From: a virus
Lineage: Duplodnaviria; Caudoviricetes
Direction: 5' to 3' (one strand)
Length of the DNA: 34,104 nucleotides
Virus record (IMG/VR): IMGVR_UViG_3300037991_000441
Location: 1 to 34,104 of that record
Shown: positions 10,769 to 18,295 of the stretch, piece after piece
Position numbering within the stretch: position 1 is the stretch's first letter
Layout of the letters: each line of letters opens with the position of its first letter
Made by a program: the position numbers and the translations under genes
The notes under the pieces: model-generated
Seen by the model: only the letters and a program-made list of their open reading frames with translations
The model's database searches: none
What the model was told of the DNA's origin: nothing

Positions 10769-10849
10769 TATTCAGCTCCATTGTTAAGTTTCAATTACGT
10801 CGCTGATTGTCCGTTTTGCACCTCAACATGATTGTCCACAAGGGGTCAC

Positions 10850-11371
10850 TTAGTGCATAGTGGGTCTTGACTTACTAATTCTTTGCTCAAAATTATCCAA
10901 ATTGCAATAGAAAAGTTTAATGAAGGGTGTAGAATTAAAGTAATATGGGTCATCTTCTTTAGAAAATCCCATAGATTCTAACCATTTTATTGTTTTTATT
11001 TGGTCTTCTGGTACATAGTTTTCTACAAAATCGTAGTCTATTTTTAGAAAAGACAGTATAAGTTTGCTGTGTTTAAAGATAAATAACCAATGTTTATCTA
11101 TCATATCTGTGCCAAGAAACCATATTTTACCCACATGCATCATCTCATCAAGAGGTGTTACACCGCACATTGCAATGGGTTTACCCTTATGCGTAATAGT
11201 AAAACCTTTAGCACCATCTTCAAGAAATGGAACAGCAAGTGCCATCTCTGGAGATGCACCAACTAATGCACATTCTCGAACATCAGAAAGTCTTAGTTTA
11301 TCAACAAGGTGGTCTACATCAGAAAGTTTACATGGTCTGAACTCAAACTGTCCTTTCTGAATGTATGTCAT
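10850..11371 (-). CDS. GNAT-fold protein, T7 gp13-like
   Basis: LRLSDVREC...PIAMCGV...GKIWFLGT...NYV...IKWLESMGF motifs. Confidence 0.75.
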   Translation of the reverse strand: MTYIQKGQFEFRPCKLSDVDHLVDKLRLSDVRECALVGASPEMALAVPFLEDGAKGFTITHKGKPIAMCGVTPLDEMMHVGKIWFLGTDMIDKHWLFIFKHSKLILSFLKIDYDFVENYVPEDQIKTIKWLESMGFSKEDDPYYFNSTPFIKLFYCNLDNFEQRISKSRPTMH

Positions 11372-12165
11372 TTATTAAATAGTTTTTGAAAACCTTCTTC
11401 TACTTGACGAACATAGTTTGGGTCACGCTTTGTCATGCTCCAATATCTTTCGTCTTTCATCATCTCTCTTAGTCCAGCTTCATTTTGCTGACCAGTAGGT
11501 GCAGCATCACCAATAGACTGGCTACCTTTCAAAGCATTAATAACAGTTTCCATAGCCTTAACACCTTCGGCTGTTGAACATAATGTTGCAATCTCAGCAT
11601 GTTGTTCTGGTGTAAAGAACTTATTCGACCATAGTTCTACTGCTTGTACTCTTTCTTTTGCATTATCACCAAGTGTTTTCATTTCTGCTTCTGGGTCAGT
11701 TGAGCCAATGTTCATTGCTTTTTTATACATTTCAATGCCTTCAGCAAACTCATCTTGGCTATATCCATTTTCAAATGACTGGTCAGCCCACCACTCAAGC
11801 AACTCATTACTTCTTGCTAACTCATCATCAATACCTTCTGGTAATATATAATCACCTTTCTTTTCAGGTCTGTCTTTATATGCTTCTGCTTCCAAGTCTT
11901 TCATTACTTGTGACTTTATATCATCTTCTTTCTGACTTAACTTACCTTCAAGTTGAGAGTAAGAGTTTGCCATATCTTCTGCTGATTTAAACTTCTCAGG
12001 CAACCACGCTGGTCTTTCTCCCATAGATTCAACACTCTGTTCCTCTGTTGGTGCTGATTCACTTGTAGGGGTTGTAGGGGTTGTAGGGGTATTATTTGTT
12101 TCTATTTGTTGTCCGACTGTTGTTTCACGTGAAACATTTTCTTCTGTTGTTTGGTCTTCACTCAT
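11368..12165 (-). CDS. Capsid assembly (scaffold) protein
   Basis: Acidic, with ERPAWLPEKF...MANSYSQLE and a C-terminal D.RYW...DP.Y motif; lies between portal and capsid. Confidence 0.85.
   Translation of the reverse strand: MSEDQTTEENVSRETTVGQQIETNNTPTTPTTPTSESAPTEEQSVESMGERPAWLPEKFKSAEDMANSYSQLEGKLSQKEDDIKSQVMKDLEAEAYKDRPEKKGDYILPEGIDDELARSNELLEWWADQSFENGYSQDEFAEGIEMYKKAMNIGSTDPEAEMKTLGDNAKERVQAVELWSNKFFTPEQHAEIATLCSTAEGVKAMETVINALKGSQSIGDAAPTGQQNEAGLREMMKDERYWSMTKRDPNYVRQVEEGFQKLFNK
12063..12089. repeat. 9-bp tandem repeat (TTGTAGGGG)x3 encoding TPT repeats
   Basis: Seen directly, in the low-complexity scaffold N-terminus. Confidence 0.85.
12121..12136. promoter_or_regulatory. parS: parS centromere-like site (perfect consensus)
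   Basis: TGTTTCACGTGAAACA: a 16/16 palindrome identical to the chromosomal ParB-binding consensus; encodes NVSRET in the scaffold. Confidence 0.85.
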
Positions 12166-12166
12166 T

Positions 12167-12451
12167 TCAATCCTCTCTTGCTACTTTATCACCATGTGCT
12201 ATTCGTCTTTCAATAACACCTACAATAAACCTCGAACCTTCTGCATGTCTTAAAACTTCATCAGTTACTGCTGAACCATGAACTGCTTCAATGGTTATAC
12301 TGCGTAAATATTTCAGCACCTCTTTACCAACTGGTGAGTTAAATAAAGCATGCATGTTAAGGCTTATAGTATCCTCATCATCTTTGCTTCTTGGGAATCC
12401 ATCAAATCTACTTGAAATTGCTTTTGTTTCATTCTGCAGCGATTTGTTCAT
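12167..12451 (-). CDS. Small conserved head-module protein (BPP-1 Bbp19-like), 94 aa
   Basis: Start reassigned to ATG 12451 (GGAGG SD). Motif F.SP.G.EVLKYLRSITIE...LRH.EG.R.IV; lies between portal and scaffold. Confidence 0.75.
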   Translation of the reverse strand: MNKSLQNETKAISSRFDGFPRSKDDEDTISLNMHALFNSPVGKEVLKYLRSITIEAVHGSAVTDEVLRHAEGSRFIVGVIERRIAHGDKVARED

Positions 12452-14027
12452 TTGGTGCTTCCTCCATTCCTTGACCCATAGCTTGTTGTGGTTGTTGCAT
12501 TTGTTGTTGTGCCATCTGTTGAGCAGCAGCAACTATCTGTTGTCGTTCAGCAACATCTCTTATTAGCGTGTCAGGAACACCAAACTTCTTAGCTAGATGT
12601 GCAGCAGTCTGTTCACTATTAACCAAAAGATTAACTACTTGTGGACCAAATGCTCCTCCAACTAATTCCAACCATCTTGCTATAGCAGATATATCTGAGT
12701 TTGCTTGTGCCTGTGCTAATGGTGATATTGATTTAACTTTTATTTGTCTGCCATTTAATGTTGGCAGTTCTATGCGACCTTGTTTCTTAAGTATATGTAC
12801 CACTCGAGCTAAAACTGGCTGTACCATTTCAGCTTGTAATCTTCCAAAAGCAGAACCCATACGTCTACTTAAGTCTGCCATTCTTTCTGCAACTTCAGTT
12901 GCACTAGCTGGTGTTCTATCTGGATTACCAAGCATATCATTATACAATGCTTTCTTAATATTATTACGCATGTCACTCAAAATAAAATTGGTAAAGTTCA
13001 AATCACCAGCTTGTCGAATAGGTTGTAGTCCTTGTGAGTTTGGTGCTTTGGGTATAACAGTCCCTGGCACAAGATTGATTGTATCTGGATTGATAACACC
13101 ATCATCATCCATTTGATATATACCAGCTATTGCCATAGCAGCATTCTCAAGAATATCTTTTACTGTGAGATTAGTAGTCTTGATTGCACTTAATGCATTG
13201 AATAATGGACCTCTTCCATATACCTCACCAGAACATGTATTCCATCTAAAACATATATATGGATTACTACCAGTACCACTTAATGCTTCTGATTTAAGAA
13301 CTGTCTTTGTTGCTGTTTCAATACATACATATAAAAAAGCATCTTCATTTAACTTTGAATAATCTTTACAAACAACTTCTAATAGTTTTGTTTTTTGGTC
13401 TGGACTAGCCATCATTGAATTTTGCAACTCTTGTGGCAACTCAATATCAGGAAATAAAATATGTAAATCAGAATATCGAACACTTCTTTCTCTATATACA
13501 TGGTCAATATTATCATTCGGACCAACATCAAGAACTACATGCGGTAATGGTATAGCAGAAAAAGTAATTGGATTAACAGCATCCCCTTCAGAAACATAAA
13601 GCACACCAGTACCAACAGCCAAGTCCATAAATGATTCATGAACCTCTTGTGAAAAGTTTGAGTTCTGTAGTATCTCAAAAACAAACTCAGTTATTTCTTC
13701 AAGCTGATTGTTGATTGCATCTCGTTCTGATTCTGGTATTTCTGAGCCAGCAGTAAAATCAGCCCAACGAGCAAAGTTGGGGACAAGTCCTTGTTGGAGT
13801 CTTGATGCAAATTCTTGTACTCCAACGACAGCAGTTTCATCAAATATCTTTTCATCTCTACGTTCTCCTATGGTCTTAGACTTAAATGTTTCTCGCATAG
13901 GCATAGTAAATTCATAACAATCATCATATACATCTTCAAAGTGTTGACGAATAGCTTTCGCCTTTTCAAACTTTTCCATATAATATTGAGCTAATGCTTT
14001 TGGTTCTGTTGGCATACCAATATGCAT
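12429..14027 (-). CDS. Portal (head-tail connector) protein
   Basis: IFDETAV...FASRLQ, DLAVGTG, RW...GEVYGRGP and SATEV.ER motifs of T7 gp8-family portals. Confidence 0.95.
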   Translation of the reverse strand: MHIGMPTEPKALAQYYMEKFEKAKAIRQHFEDVYDDCYEFTMPMRETFKSKTIGERRDEKIFDETAVVGVQEFASRLQQGLVPNFARWADFTAGSEIPESERDAINNQLEEITEFVFEILQNSNFSQEVHESFMDLAVGTGVLYVSEGDAVNPITFSAIPLPHVVLDVGPNDNIDHVYRERSVRYSDLHILFPDIELPQELQNSMMASPDQKTKLLEVVCKDYSKLNEDAFLYVCIETATKTVLKSEALSGTGSNPYICFRWNTCSGEVYGRGPLFNALSAIKTTNLTVKDILENAAMAIAGIYQMDDDGVINPDTINLVPGTVIPKAPNSQGLQPIRQAGDLNFTNFILSDMRNNIKKALYNDMLGNPDRTPASATEVAERMADLSRRMGSAFGRLQAEMVQPVLARVVHILKKQGRIELPTLNGRQIKVKSISPLAQAQANSDISAIARWLELVGGAFGPQVVNLLVNSEQTAAHLAKKFGVPDTLIRDVAERQQIVAAAQQMAQQQMQQPQQAMGQGMEEAPNEQIAAE

Positions 14028-14028
14028 A

Positions 14029-14322
14029 TTAGTACCTTCTCAATCCTGTAGGTGTTTGCTCTCTACCCTGTGAAAGAAAACCAGACCCCCCTGGGCTGCT
14101 TGTAAATAATGAACCTCGACCAACTCTTCTTCTAAAGACTGTTCCTCCAGTATCGTAAAATAAACTTGTTTTGACTGGTGCAGACGTTTCTACTTCTTTC
14201 TCAAGAGCTTCTTGTCTGTTTTTTATTTTTACTTCTTCTTCTTCTTTTTTTGCTTGTCTAGTTTCTTCCTTAACCTCTTGTCTAGGTTCAGGAGTTCTAC
14301 TACCACCACCACCAAAACACAT
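14029..14322 (-). CDS. Small virion protein, T7 gp7.3-position
   Basis: MCFGGGG N-terminus; immediately upstream of portal; GGAGG SD. Confidence 0.65.
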   Translation of the reverse strand: MCFGGGGSRTPEPRQEVKEETRQAKKEEEEVKIKNRQEALEKEVETSAPVKTSLFYDTGGTVFRRRVGRGSLFTSSPGGSGFLSQGREQTPTGLRRY

Positions 14323-14324
14323 GT

Positions 14325-15851
14325 TTACCTCCTTAAATCATTTCCAAAAAAGGTTCTAGTTCTACTAATACTAGGTCTTTTAAATAAATCAAAGCCTTTT
14401 CTTGCATTGAAAGCTCCTAAAGGTTTCTGTCCAGCCATCAAACTTCGCCCTTCTCCAGCACCTAACATCAAGTATTGCAAAGCATCATGAATATGAGAAT
14501 ACATATTTTTCTCAGGTTTATCTTCATATCTTTCTCCAGATACTTGCATTCTTCTATAGCAGTAGCCACCTTGAAATCCTTTGATAATCTGAGGACATCT
14601 TCTATCTATTAACAATCCAGATTTACCATCTACCATCTTAGTAAGTTGTGAAGAAACAGATTCAAGTCTTAAGTCTATGCTGTTGCTAGGAGCTGGCGTT
14701 GCTTTTAATCCAGCACCTCGCAATATTCCAAATGGTGTTGTTTCATCTGTCTGAGCTCTAAAGTCACCAGCTGGGTCACCATAAATATACACATCAAGAT
14801 TATTAAATCGTGTAGCAATTTCTTGTCTAAGAAGTTCAGCAAAACGAACTATACCCATATCAATAGCTACAATCTCTGACTGTAGTAACCACCGACCTCG
14901 AACTTTCTGTCCAAACACAGCAGAAGGAGTAAGACCAAAATCAATTCCAATATAAAGAGGTACACCAGCAGCAATAGGTATTTCCTCTTCTGCAATATGT
15001 GTATCACTTACAAAGTCTGGATAAACTGGTTTACCATCTTGAATCATGCCAAGCCTATTCATAACATACACATCTATCCAACTTTTTGTTTTACCTCTTA
15101 CAATATTTGGATAATACGTTTGTAATATGTTCTTACTGTTTTCTGCTTTAGAGGTTGGGGAATAGGATAATACTTCGCCCTTTTCTCCTAAGTTTTCTTT
15201 CATCGCTGCTGGTTGTGTATAGAAAGTCCAGTTATCAGGTTTGACTAACATGGTCGCTTGCTCTCTAGGTATGTGGTCTGGTATCGGAACTTCACCTGAC
15301 ATGATAGCCCACCAATGGTCTTCTTCTGGTGCATTGGTATCACAGATAACACCTGACCAACTAGACCCACCCTCTCTCATACTTGGATATCGACCAACAC
15401 GCATAGTACACGCATCAATAATACTTTTAGGAATTTCTCTTGCTTCGTTTACCCAGATACCAGTTAGTTCCAATGACAATAACTTCTTCACATCTTCTGG
15501 TCTATCTAATGCCAAAAAAATTACTTCAAGGTCTAAATCATTCATCTGTATGTGATGTGTATAAGGAACAGACCAATGAAACTTTCCCCACTCATTCTCT
15601 GGAAACCAATCCAGCCAAGTCTTTATAGTTGTCGTTCTTAATTGTGGGTTTGTATTTCTTATGATAGCCCAACGAGATTTACGAATCCCCTCATGATTTT
15701 GATTCTGCTCAAGAGCCCTTCTGAATACCTCAACACAACACGCAACTGATTTACCAGAACCAACTGGACCTCTGATACCACGAAAAAAATTATTGTCCTT
15801 CATAAATTGCTTGAGGACTTCTCCGTCAGGCTTGTAATTAAAGTTTATCAA
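14325..15851 (-). CDS. terL: Terminase large subunit
   Basis: Walker A GPVGSGKS, Walker B-like IWVNEARE, coupling motif DTN, RNase H-like nuclease GIDFG...SHIHDALQY. Confidence 0.96.
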   Translation of the reverse strand: MINFNYKPDGEVLKQFMKDNNFFRGIRGPVGSGKSVACCVEVFRRALEQNQNHEGIRKSRWAIIRNTNPQLRTTTIKTWLDWFPENEWGKFHWSVPYTHHIQMNDLDLEVIFLALDRPEDVKKLLSLELTGIWVNEAREIPKSIIDACTMRVGRYPSMREGGSSWSGVICDTNAPEEDHWWAIMSGEVPIPDHIPREQATMLVKPDNWTFYTQPAAMKENLGEKGEVLSYSPTSKAENSKNILQTYYPNIVRGKTKSWIDVYVMNRLGMIQDGKPVYPDFVSDTHIAEEEIPIAAGVPLYIGIDFGLTPSAVFGQKVRGRWLLQSEIVAIDMGIVRFAELLRQEIATRFNNLDVYIYGDPAGDFRAQTDETTPFGILRGAGLKATPAPSNSIDLRLESVSSQLTKMVDGKSGLLIDRRCPQIIKGFQGGYCYRRMQVSGERYEDKPEKNMYSHIHDALQYLMLGAGEGRSLMAGQKPLGAFNARKGFDLFKRPSISRTRTFFGNDLRR

Positions 15852-16032
15852 TGTTGTAGTTTCTTCCGACTTCTTTGAGTCTTTCTAAGGTGTGGGGGAG
15901 AAGGGAAGCTATTCGTTTATCTGCTTCGTAATCAGTGATAAATTCTTTTGGAAAATGTTTTAGATGAACTTGCTTAATAACAATACGCAGTAAGTTCCTT
16001 GTTTCTTTATCTAGTTTATGTTCGTGATACAT
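15838..16032 (-). CDS. Hypothetical protein
   Basis: 64 aa; overlaps both neighbours within the operon. Confidence 0.65.
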   Translation of the reverse strand: MYHEHKLDKETRNLLRIVIKQVHLKHFPKEFITDYEADKRIASLLPHTLERLKEVGRNYNIDKL

Positions 16033-16280
16033 CAGCTAAACTTTCTATGTGACGCTGTTTTTTTTGCAATCTTCTTTGGTTGTTTGGAAACTTGTTTACC
16101 TTTACGCATGGCTGCTCTTTTCTTTCGAGTTGTTGCTCGATACTCTTCATCCGTTAAAGATTTTATTGCTGACTCTGGTAAATACCTCTCCCCAGTTTTG
16201 AGAGAGGGTTTACCAGACTTGGTTCGCCACTTCTGTCTTGTCCATGCTCGTAGGCTTCTCTGACTCTTTGCTAAAGCCAT
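16032..16280 (-). CDS. Small basic protein (SQRSL..WT.QKWRTKSGKPS...GERYLP family)
   Basis: 82 aa, K/R-rich, coupled by TGATG overlaps. Confidence 0.8.
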   Translation of the reverse strand: MALAKSQRSLRAWTRQKWRTKSGKPSLKTGERYLPESAIKSLTDEEYRATTRKKRAAMRKGKQVSKQPKKIAKKTASHRKFS

Positions 16281-16444
16281 CAGCGATATCCACCACCTTT
16301 AGCTTTATATTGCTTGGCTAACATCTGTGCCTTTCGTGCAGACCATTGCCCTGGTCTTCCACCTTTACCACTAGCCTTGATTCTGCGAAAGAGTGCAGCT
16401 CTCATCTTTGGCTGTGTATAGTTTCCAGCTGCGTTAACTGCCAT
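16280..16444 (-). CDS. Small basic protein, 54 aa (GQWSARKAQ family)
   Basis: Below the ORF-track cutoff. MAVNAAGNYTQPKMRAALFRRIKASGKGGRPGQWSARKAQMLAKQYKAKGGGYR; stop/start overlaps at both ends. Confidence 0.8.
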   Translation of the reverse strand: MAVNAAGNYTQPKMRAALFRRIKASGKGGRPGQWSARKAQMLAKQYKAKGGGYR

Positions 16445-16581
16445 TACTTCTTCTTCTTTTTAGAAGCCATAATTTTTGATTGCAGTTGTTTAGGAAGAGT
16501 CTTCTGCTTTGCAGTCAAACCATTCTTCTTCGCTGGTGGTCTTCCTCTTTTACTTCCGTAAGTTCCTTTTCCCATAGGCAT
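16444..16581 (-). CDS. Small basic protein, 45 aa, with an AT-hook-like KRGRP motif
   Basis: MPMGKGTYGSKRGRPPAKKNGLTAKQKTLPKQLQSKIMASKKKKK; AAGGA SD; TAATG overlap with the next gene. Confidence 0.75.
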   Translation of the reverse strand: MPMGKGTYGSKRGRPPAKKNGLTAKQKTLPKQLQSKIMASKKKKK

Positions 16582-16585
16582 GATG

Positions 16586-16891
16586 TTATCCTTTCTTTTT
16601 CTTGGCTTTATTTCTTCGTGAGATTGCTGCTGCCTTTCGTTTTGCGTCGGCTTTGCTTGATGCTCCCCACGCTCTTAGGCTGAGAAGAAGTCTTGTTGGT
16701 CTGCCCTTTGAGTCCCTTTCCGGTCCTCGCATTCCCCCCATTCTTGCTAGGAAGCTTGCTCTTCTTGGGTTGTCCCCTGACTTTACTGGAGCTTTTAGAG
16801 TTCCTCCCTTGTAGCTTGCTCGACCTTTTGCGTTCAAGCCGCCCTTCGGATTCTTCCCTTCTTTCCTTGTCCAAGCTGGAGTTCTCGCCAT
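16586..16891 (-). CDS. Small basic protein (KNPKGGLNAKGR...RRASF.ARM family)
   Basis: 101 aa, AAGGAG SD, K/R/G-rich. Confidence 0.8.
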   Translation of the reverse strand: MARTPAWTRKEGKNPKGGLNAKGRASYKGGTLKAPVKSGDNPRRASFLARMGGMRGPERDSKGRPTRLLLSLRAWGASSKADAKRKAAAISRRNKAKKKKG

Positions 16892-17083
16892 TTCTTCTCC
16901 TTCTCAATATATTAGACATTAACACAGCAACACGCATAATCAATCCCTTTAAGTTAGTAAATATTTTCATCGAGCTTTTTTCTCCATAAATGTTAGTATA
17001 CTATCCCTTGCTCGTGCCAAACACTGGTTTTTGACCCCCCATGTGTTTGTCACAGCTCTAGTTCAGCAGACTGCCCTAGCTTT

Positions 17084-17461
17084 TCACGTGAGGTCTATGC
17101 TAACTTTGATGTTTCCTGCCACACTATGCATGACCTTATCTACTGCTTTGTATCCAGCCCTATCTAGTAAATCTTTACTTGCTTCCAATTGCACATACTC
17201 TGATTTAGCATTGCTACTTAGCTTCACTATACTCTGTAGTGCTTTCGTAGCATTCAGTCCTATATTCTCAGCTATTGTACTCATCATATACTGTTGCACA
17301 TGTGGTAGCTTCAAAGTCTTGCTAGCAGTAACTCTGCCAGCTTCACCTTCACTATATCCAGCATCTTTACTTGCATCTTTTATACTACATCCTTTTGCTA
17401 CTAACGTATCAACCAACTTCTTCTGCTTTGCAGTAAGCTTGTTACTTGTAAGTTCACTCAT
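17084..17461 (-). CDS. terS: Terminase small subunit (putative)
   Basis: N-terminal HTH LTAKQKKLV...ASKDAGYS...ASKTLKLPHV and C-terminal ASKDLLDRAG; first gene of the late unit. Confidence 0.85.
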   Translation of the reverse strand: MSELTSNKLTAKQKKLVDTLVAKGCSIKDASKDAGYSEGEAGRVTASKTLKLPHVQQYMMSTIAENIGLNATKALQSIVKLSSNAKSEYVQLEASKDLLDRAGYKAVDKVMHSVAGNIKVSIDLT

Positions 17462-17480
17462 TGCCTTTCCTTTCCTTGTT

Positions 17481-17511
17481 ATTCTATGCTTACTTCCGTA
17501 AGCATTGTCAA
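17481..17511 (-). promoter_or_regulatory. Late promoter, TTGACA-N19-TAGAAT with palindromic spacer
   Basis: Minus strand TTGACA ATGCTTACGGAAGTAAGCA TAGAAT, 20 nt upstream of the terS start. Confidence 0.7.
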
Positions 17512-17595
17512 TATCTTAATTTCACTAACTGACACTACTGACTCTACTAACTAACGATTATTCCGACACTTCTTGTAGTGTATTTGCCTTATCTT

Positions 17596-17770
17596 CTTTC
17601 TGTTTTGTGTAAAATGCTAGTCATAATTGCATTGCCGTTCAAAGATATACCCTTTGGCAAATACTAATTTCCCCTTGCCTGTCGGCAATTCCTCGCGGAA
17701 CAAATTAGCATTTGTATCTTTGCCCTATGGCAATGCCCTTCTGCCGTCACATTTTAGCAAAAACAGAAAG
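17596..17770. other. Long branched inverted-repeat structure (structured leader RNA or ssDNA element)
   Basis: Four nested helices capped by two short hairpins; see findings. Confidence 0.75.
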
Positions 17771-17779
17771 GAATATAAA

Positions 17780-18196
17780 ATGTCAAATACTAAACTACAA
17801 GAAGCTTACGGAACAATCATTGATTTCTACAAAGATACATATCAAAGAGAATACGTAGCAAACAAACTACTTGAAAATGTCAACTACTCTATCACTAAGT
17901 CAAAAGAAAACTTGGACAAGAAACAAACAGAATGGTTGAACGAGTATGAGAACTGTGAACATACAGGACAATCAACTGACAAGCTTGGACAACTAGAAAG
18001 AGTTTGCCATCAGTACATACCTCAAAACCTTGAGAATCTTACTGAAACAAAGACTGCTATTGAAAAAGCAATGGCATCTCTTGGCATCAACCAAAAGGTC
18101 ACGAAAACTCTTGATAATCATATCGACCCAAGAAAGCTTATCAACCAGCGACCTGACCCAGCAAACAAGCAGAAGTCAACAAAGGTTGTCGTTTAG
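17780..18196 (+). CDS. Hypothetical coiled-coil protein, first early gene, 138 aa
   Basis: Start reassigned to ATG 17780 (AAAGGA SD); MSNTKLQEAY... Confidence 0.75.
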   Translation: MSNTKLQEAYGTIIDFYKDTYQREYVANKLLENVNYSITKSKENLDKKQTEWLNEYENCEHTGQSTDKLGQLERVCHQYIPQNLENLTETKTAIEKAMASLGINQKVTKTLDNHIDPRKLINQRPDPANKQKSTKVVV

Positions 18197-18202
18197 ACAG
18201 CC

Positions 18203-18233
18203 TTACTTCCTGAGCATGAAGTAAAACTGCTCA
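18203..18233 (+). ncRNA. Compact H-type pseudoknot
   Basis: TTACTTC-C-TGAGCA-T-GAAGTAA-AAC-TGCTCA: two interleaved perfect stems. Confidence 0.6.
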
Positions 18234-18241
18234 ATCTGGGA

Positions 18242-18295
18242 CGCGAAAAAACAAACGCTGGCATACACTTTGTGCCAGCTTATTATTTTTTCGCG
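18242..18295 (+). terminator. Extended hairpin / intrinsic terminator
   Basis: GCTGGCA...TGCCAGC followed by TTATTATTTTTT, enclosed by CGCGAAAAAA/TTTTTTCGCG. Confidence 0.6.

Noticed and set aside
10832-10840. DnaA box TTGTCCACA
   Set aside because: A single imperfect copy; better explained as part of the capsid-leader direct repeat.
17080-17095. Second parS-like site (TTTCACGTGA at the terS stop)
   Set aside because: Only about 10/16 matches and the right arm is degenerate.
278-17501. Plus-strand ORFs over the structural genes (and minus-strand ORFs over early genes)
   Set aside because: Antisense shadows of well-supported genes, with no SD or recognisable motifs.
17627-17779. N-terminal extension of the 189-aa ORF from the ORF track
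   Set aside because: It runs through the inverted-repeat structure from a TTG start; the SD supports ATG 17780. The same logic applies to the extended starts at 12532, 19621, 24999 and 27681.
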